From Spirochaetia bacterium (GTDB taxonomy: Bacteria; Spirochaetota; Spirochaetia; CAKZLE01): a DNA stretch of 64,000 nucleotides. A program made the position numbers and the translations under genes. Numbering within the stretch: the first letter of the stretch is position 1; each line of letters opens with the position of its first letter. Of the stretch, positions 59,230-64,000 are shown in pieces. The notes under the pieces were generated by a model. It had not been told where the DNA came from. It saw nothing but the letters and a program-made list of their open reading frames with translations, and did no database searches. Where the stretch lies: contig OY782041.1 of NCBI GenBank assembly GCA_963677595.1, positions 1,568,001 through 1,632,000 on the forward strand, given 5' to 3'.

Positions 59230-59303
59230 CGTACTCAAGAGGACTCGAACCTCCGACCTTTAGATCCGCAATCTAATGCTCTATCCATCTGAGCTATGAG
59301 TAC
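59230..59303 (-). tRNA. tRNA-Arg(GCG)
   Basis: GTACTCA/TGAGTAC acceptor stem; anticodon arm TTAGA-TTGCGGA-TCTAA. Confidence 0.9.
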
Positions 59304-59310
59304 AAAAAAA

Positions 59311-59397
<87 letters not shown>

Positions 59398-59415
59398 TAG
59401 GGTAAAGTGATTTAA

Positions 59416-59500
59416 CGGAGAAGGGGGGATTCGAACCCCCGGAACCTCTCGGTTCAACGGTTTTCAAGACCGCCTCCTTCAACCACTCGGACACCTCTCC
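59416..59500 (-). tRNA. tRNA-Ser(TGA)
   Basis: Loop CTTGAAA and long variable arm. Confidence 0.93.
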
Positions 59501-59512
59501 AAATCGGGTTAC

Positions 59513-59541
59513 AATATATAAAGCATCAAGATGTTTGTCAA
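59513..59541 (-). promoter_or_regulatory. Sigma70 promoter of the tRNA-ffs operon
   Basis: TTGACA-N17-TATATT, 12 nt before the first tRNA. Confidence 0.8.
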
Positions 59542-59548
59542 TAACCGT

Positions 59549-60043
59549 TTATGAACCTTTTACCGAAAAGATCACCCAATTCACCGCGGCAGGGATCGTA
59601 AGTATGCAGGTGACGATGACAGACCAGCCCAGGAGGCCGTCCATATGGTCGAAATAGAGCAGCAAGCCGGAGAGGGATACGGCGAAGAGGAGGATGTAGT
59701 GGTGTCCGTAGAATCTCGAGAATGCATAGGGGAAGACGATGATGGCCCAGAAAGCCAGGAGGATCGCGGTAGTATAGCGGCTCCATCCTATCGAACCGTC
59801 GGCGATCAGGTCTATTGCAAGGAGGCCCCCTATGAGCAGGGCTGAGATGACCGTCAGGATGATGAACACACTCCGGTCAAAGACCGGCTGGGTCTGGATC
59901 CTGCCGATGGTCTTCGGCGACTCGGGGTAGGAGACCCGGGTGTAGGTTCCGGGGATCGTCCTGACCGTGCTGTCCGGACCGCATAAGGGGCAGAACGGTT
60001 CCGCATCGGAGAACTTCATCCCGCATGATTCACAGCTTTTCAT
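59549..60043 (-). CDS. Zn-ribbon membrane protein, short form (DUF6320-like)
   Basis: CESC..CPLC followed by about 4 TM with WSRY; SD GGAGGAG and ATGA overlap with the upstream gene. Confidence 0.75.
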   Translation of the reverse strand: MKSCESCGMKFSDAEPFCPLCGPDSTVRTIPGTYTRVSYPESPKTIGRIQTQPVFDRSVFIILTVISALLIGGLLAIDLIADGSIGWSRYTTAILLAFWAIIVFPYAFSRFYGHHYILLFAVSLSGLLLYFDHMDGLLGWSVIVTCILTIPAAVNWVIFSVKGS

Positions 60044-61380
60044 CGCTCCTCCCAATCGAATGAGTAGAGGTCCTTCATCCCGGCGGTGTTGTTGCTCTCG
60101 ATGACGAAATCGATACCCTGCTCCTTGAGGAACATGAAGAAGGGCTTCTCCAGGATCGGCTGGTCGCAGATCCTGCCGAACGAGAGATAGAGGGACCCGT
60201 TATACCCCGTCATCGTCATCAGCGTCTTGGTGAAGGGGGATCCGTTGAATACAAAGTCGAAACGCCTGATATGTTCCTTCATGATGGCAGGCATCTCAAT
60301 ATTCCCCAGGTTCGAGAAACTGATTGACAGCTGTTTTTCCCCGAACTGGTCAAAGACCAGCCTAAATACCGACTCCTTGATCGTCAGGGGGATCGCCCTG
60401 AAGATCGGGTTCAGGGTCGCGAACACATTCCTGGTGACCTGCTGCCTGATGTTCTTCTCGGTATTCTGCTTGCGCAGGTCATGCCTGACATGGGAGAGGA
60501 TCTCCTCGAAGGAGAACTCCCCGAGTTTTGGGTCGATTTCCGGTCCGAGTACGAGGGAGAAGTTGCGCATGTTCTTGATCGGGTAGAACTTCCTCAGGTT
60601 GACCGGGACCAGGATGCGGACCGGCTGCCGTCTCCGGACTCGGTTCCGTTCCTTTGCCTGCAGCCCCAGGAAGGTGTACATCAGCACTGAGACCAGGTAC
60701 TCGGTGATCGTTACCCCCGCTTTTCGTGAAAGTCCCTGCAGCTGTTCCGTGGGGATGATACCGGTAATGATCCGGTTGACCCCCCAGGGAGTCATCTTCT
60801 TAGCCCTCAACTGGTATGCGTTGGGGGTCATGGGTTCTTTCGGGGACTGGGGCTGGTATATCTTCCGGTAGGCATCGATCGTCTCATCGGGGTGCTGCCT
60901 CCCGTCCAGGTCGAGGATACCGAGATCCTCATCCGGGTCTACCGGAATCCCGGACTGGCGGAGATACTCGGCAGACAGGTTCTTGAGGAAGATGATGGCG
61001 CCGGTCCCGTCAGTGAGGATGTGGGACATCTCCATTGAGATCCTATCCTCGAGATAGAGGATCCGAAGGAGGTGATCCTTCTGTTTCGGTGTCTTCAACA
61101 GCAGGCAGGGGTAGAATTGGTCCTCCTCGACGAGCATCCTTCGATCGTAATGTTCGAGGAACATCCAGAACGCCCCCTGCTTGAGACGCATACTGTAATA
61201 GGGAAATCGTTTGAGACAGCGGTCAAGCGCCTTCTGGAGGCATCCAGGATCTACCGGCTTATGCAGGCTGACCGAAAGCCTGTAGAAACTGGTACTCCTC
61301 GGGGAGTTCAGGGATGGGAAGATGGTCGCTGCGTTATCGAGACGCATCCAGTCAGGTTTTTGTTTGCCGATACTTCTCAT
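60040..61380 (-). CDS. CoA-dependent acyltransferase (alcohol acetyltransferase/condensation-domain-like)
   Basis: W.RLDNAA.IFP, SHILTDGTG (HxxxDG), VPVNLR..Y....MRNF and SFSNLG motifs. Confidence 0.82.
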   Translation of the reverse strand: MRSIGKQKPDWMRLDNAATIFPSLNSPRSTSFYRLSVSLHKPVDPGCLQKALDRCLKRFPYYSMRLKQGAFWMFLEHYDRRMLVEEDQFYPCLLLKTPKQKDHLLRILYLEDRISMEMSHILTDGTGAIIFLKNLSAEYLRQSGIPVDPDEDLGILDLDGRQHPDETIDAYRKIYQPQSPKEPMTPNAYQLRAKKMTPWGVNRIITGIIPTEQLQGLSRKAGVTITEYLVSVLMYTFLGLQAKERNRVRRRQPVRILVPVNLRKFYPIKNMRNFSLVLGPEIDPKLGEFSFEEILSHVRHDLRKQNTEKNIRQQVTRNVFATLNPIFRAIPLTIKESVFRLVFDQFGEKQLSISFSNLGNIEMPAIMKEHIRRFDFVFNGSPFTKTLMTMTGYNGSLYLSFGRICDQPILEKPFFMFLKEQGIDFVIESNNTAGMKDLYSFDWEER

Positions 61381-62294
61381 AGGTGGAACTTCTTCTTCAG
61401 CAGGACCTGAAGGCGTTCACTGCTGTGCGCGATGATACAGAAGGCCAGGATCGGTATGAGAAAGAATAGCGTCAGGTGGGCCCAGGAGATCATATGGGCG
61501 TGCTGCCGGTAGAGGGAGACGGTCCCGTTGACCAGGTAGATCTCCAGGGTGAGCGCAGCGGTCACCACGGCCCCGTAGAGATACCCATTCGACAACCCGG
61601 TGCGGGTGATCTCGATATAGTTCATGACCAGGGCGATGATCCCGTAGATTATGAACGTCGCGGCAAGGATCGGCAGTGCGACTGGTAGGAACCAATGCCC
61701 GCGGGTAAGGTGATTCAGCGCCCCCAGAAGGAGGGCGAGGTCTGCGAATACCAGGATAAGGACCAGCCAGTTGACCATGTCCCGTGAGAACCTGATGATC
61801 ATGAGGATCCCGCAGAGGGTGCCGATCCCCACGACGGGGTACCATGCCCAGGAGACGCCGCGAGAGGCGTTGTCGATGATGAGCAGGTAGACGGCAACGA
61901 AGAGGAGGTCATACACTGCTGCCGTGAGGCGGGACCTCCCGCTGTAGATGATGGGGAACCAGATGATGAACCATGCCGTCACGATCGAGATCATGGTATA
62001 GAGGGACCAGGTAATCTGCGAGTTGACGCTCACGTCAACGATGAGTGAGATGACGAGGCCTGCGAAGAAGAAGAACGACAGCAGCCCGCTGACGACTCCC
62101 TTATGGGTCGAGACGGTCCGGTTCACCGCCCTCGAGATGTCAAGCAGCTGCCCCTCACGGCTTGTCGGGTCGGGGACGAGGGTACGGATCGCCTCCCCGT
62201 TGATTCTCAGGGGATCGATCACCGGAGTCCTGCAGAGCGGGCATTCAGCCTCTGTCTCCTGCAGCTTGACCCCGCAATGGACGCAATAGGGCAT
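61377..62294 (-). CDS. Zn-ribbon membrane protein, long form (DUF6320-like)
   Basis: MPYCVHCGV..CPLC.TPV, about 8 TM, WSLY, and C-terminal LKKKFHL. Confidence 0.78.
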   Translation of the reverse strand: MPYCVHCGVKLQETEAECPLCRTPVIDPLRINGEAIRTLVPDPTSREGQLLDISRAVNRTVSTHKGVVSGLLSFFFFAGLVISLIVDVSVNSQITWSLYTMISIVTAWFIIWFPIIYSGRSRLTAAVYDLLFVAVYLLIIDNASRGVSWAWYPVVGIGTLCGILMIIRFSRDMVNWLVLILVFADLALLLGALNHLTRGHWFLPVALPILAATFIIYGIIALVMNYIEITRTGLSNGYLYGAVVTAALTLEIYLVNGTVSLYRQHAHMISWAHLTLFFLIPILAFCIIAHSSERLQVLLKKKFHL

Positions 62295-62297
62295 AGC

Positions 62298-63227
62298 CTA
62301 CAGCTCCTTCATGTCTTGTTCCGTCACTGACTGGCTGACCATGACCTTGTCATCGAAGATGAAATGGCCGGTGATGTAGGAGCCGGAGATCGCCTTCGGG
62401 AGCCAGATGGCATCGTCTGCCCACATCCTGTCATATGGGATCTCCGCGACGGGGACCCAGAAGGGGTCCGCCTCATCGGTCTCGATGAGCGTACCATGGT
62501 AGGCATCCGCGAAGAAGACATAGCCCTTGATCGAGTAGTTGTCGACGAACTGGAAGTGGAGCACTCCCACCTCGCGTACATTCTCAGGTACGATGCCGGT
62601 CTCCTCCTCGCACTCCCTGATAGCGGCGTCCCGCGCCGTCTCGGCCGCCTCAATCCGCCCGCCAGGGGCATTCACCATCCCGGACCCGAGGCCGGTCTTC
62701 TTGTTGATGAGCAGGACCTTGTCCTCGGAGAAGATATAGCAGATGACCGCCGATTCCACGGGTTCCCAGGTATCCCAGTCGATCTGGGAGACATCGGTCA
62801 TCGACGAGTAGTCGATGGGCGTGTCATCCTCCGGTTCGGGTTCCGCAAGCTCCTCCTCGGTGAAGAGCTCCGGATGGAGCTTCTTGCGGCAGTCGTCGCA
62901 GAGGTTATCGTCACGATATGCGATATTGTTGAAATCGAGCTTCACGCCGCATTCGACGCACTTGAACTTGAAGATGAAGATCTTCTTTCGCAGGAGGAAG
63001 CCGACGAGGATGACGATCAGCAGGGCCGGGACAACCATCCACTGAGGCAGCTCGAACTGGAGGATGAGGGCTACGAACATGTTCAGCAGCAGGACGAGCA
63101 CGGCTATGTAGAGCGTAGCTGACCGCTTGTGCTTCACGTGGGGATAGTGCTTTCTCTGCATGATATTGAAGAACAGGACGGCTATGATTACCCAATATAA
63201 TTCGCTGTTTATTTTTTCTATGATCAT
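62298..63227 (-). CDS. Nudix hydrolase (8-oxo-dGTPase/MTH1-like) with N-terminal 3 TM and a C4 Zn site
   Basis: Nudix box GGRIEAAETARDAAIRECEEETG; KKTGLG.G..NAPGG and MWADD..WLP motifs; CVEC..CDDC. Confidence 0.88.
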   Translation of the reverse strand: MIIEKINSELYWVIIAVLFFNIMQRKHYPHVKHKRSATLYIAVLVLLLNMFVALILQFELPQWMVVPALLIVILVGFLLRKKIFIFKFKCVECGVKLDFNNIAYRDDNLCDDCRKKLHPELFTEEELAEPEPEDDTPIDYSSMTDVSQIDWDTWEPVESAVICYIFSEDKVLLINKKTGLGSGMVNAPGGRIEAAETARDAAIRECEEETGIVPENVREVGVLHFQFVDNYSIKGYVFFADAYHGTLIETDEADPFWVPVAEIPYDRMWADDAIWLPKAISGSYITGHFIFDDKVMVSQSVTEQDMKEL

Positions 63228-63369
63228 ACTTAGAGACTTTATATCGTCTTGGTGCTAAGGTCAAGCTTTGAAGGATAAGGGGAAGGGGGAATGGCCGAAG
63301 CCACTTGATTCATGGTGGTGCGGAGGATAGAATACAGGGTAATACGAACGATCGAACCAGGAGTGAGCC

Positions 63370-64000
63370 ATGAGCAGAATCGAATCTTTGAATACCTATA
63401 TCGACCATACCATCCTGAAGGCGAATGCCACCCGCACCCAGGTACAGGCTATCTGCCGGGAGGCAAAGGAACACCAGTTCGCCTCTGTCTGCGTGAACTC
63501 CTGCTGGACGGCCCTCTGCAGCCAGGAGCTCAAGGACTCCCCCGTGAAGGTCTGCAGCGTGGTAGGGTTCCCCCTCGGGGCCATGAAGAGCGAGAGCAAG
63601 GCTTATGAGGCCAAGAGCTGCGTCATCGACGGTGCAGACGAGGTCGACATGGTGATCAATATCGGGATGCTGCTGGCCGGTGACCTGGAGGGCGTTGAGC
63701 GCGATATCCGGCTGGTGCGGGAAGCATGCGGACCGGGTGTCGTCCTGAAGGTCATCATCGAGACCTGCCTCCTCACTGATGACCAGAAGGTCACGGTCTG
63801 CAGGATCGCGAAGAACTGCGGCGCCGATTTCGTCAAGACCTCGACCGGTTTCTCGACCGGCGGTGCTACCGTGGAGGATGTCCGGCTGATGCGCAGTGCT
63901 GTCGGCGACCATGTGGGCGTGAAGGCTTCCGGCGGTGTCAGGAGCTATGAGGATGCCGTGGCGGTGATCGAGGCAGGTGCCAACAGGATCGGGGCCTCCT
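63370..64000 (+). CDS. deoC: Deoxyribose-phosphate aldolase (3' end runs off the window)
   Basis: Manual translation: [51 protein letters not shown] and RIGAS. Confidence 0.96.
   Translation, partial: MSRIESLNTYIDHTILKANATRTQVQAICREAKEHQFASVCVNSCWTALCSQELKDSPVKVCSVVGFPLGAMKSESKAYEAKSCVIDGADEVDMVINIGMLLAGDLEGVERDIRLVREACGPGVVLKVIIETCLLTDDQKVTVCRIAKNCGADFVKTSTGFSTGGATVEDVRLMRSAVGDHVGVKASGGVRSYEDAVAVIEAGANRIGAS

Overview
This is a GC-rich bacterial chromosome segment spanning the replication origin. Gene order (gyrB-gyrA divergent from dnaA-dnaN-recF-dciA-rpmH-rnpA-yidC-jag), a C-terminally extended L34, an Asp-type MurA and tRNA-Arg(GCG) point to a free-living spirochaete; this is inference from family knowledge. 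The window is mostly housekeeping: oriC with DnaA boxes and DnaA-trios, parAB with three parS sites, dnaX-ybaB-recR, SRP RNA and five tRNAs. Items worth a second look: (1) an IS1634-family element flanked by a 298-bp direct repeat whose two copies differ in a non-random, allele-like way; (2) a two-component system divergent from three exported-protein genes whose upstream regions share an identically phased six-heptamer array; (3) a second DnaA-box cluster about 14 kb from oriC; (4) an HTH-less sigma54 activator paired with a pseudo-receiver OmpR protein; (5) a four-gene operon of Zn-ribbon membrane proteins, a membrane-anchored Nudix enzyme and an HxxxDG acyltransferase; (6) a frameshifted RelE/HigB-like toxin next to oriC; (7) many apparently leaderless promoters. 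All calls are by eye and no database searches were run.
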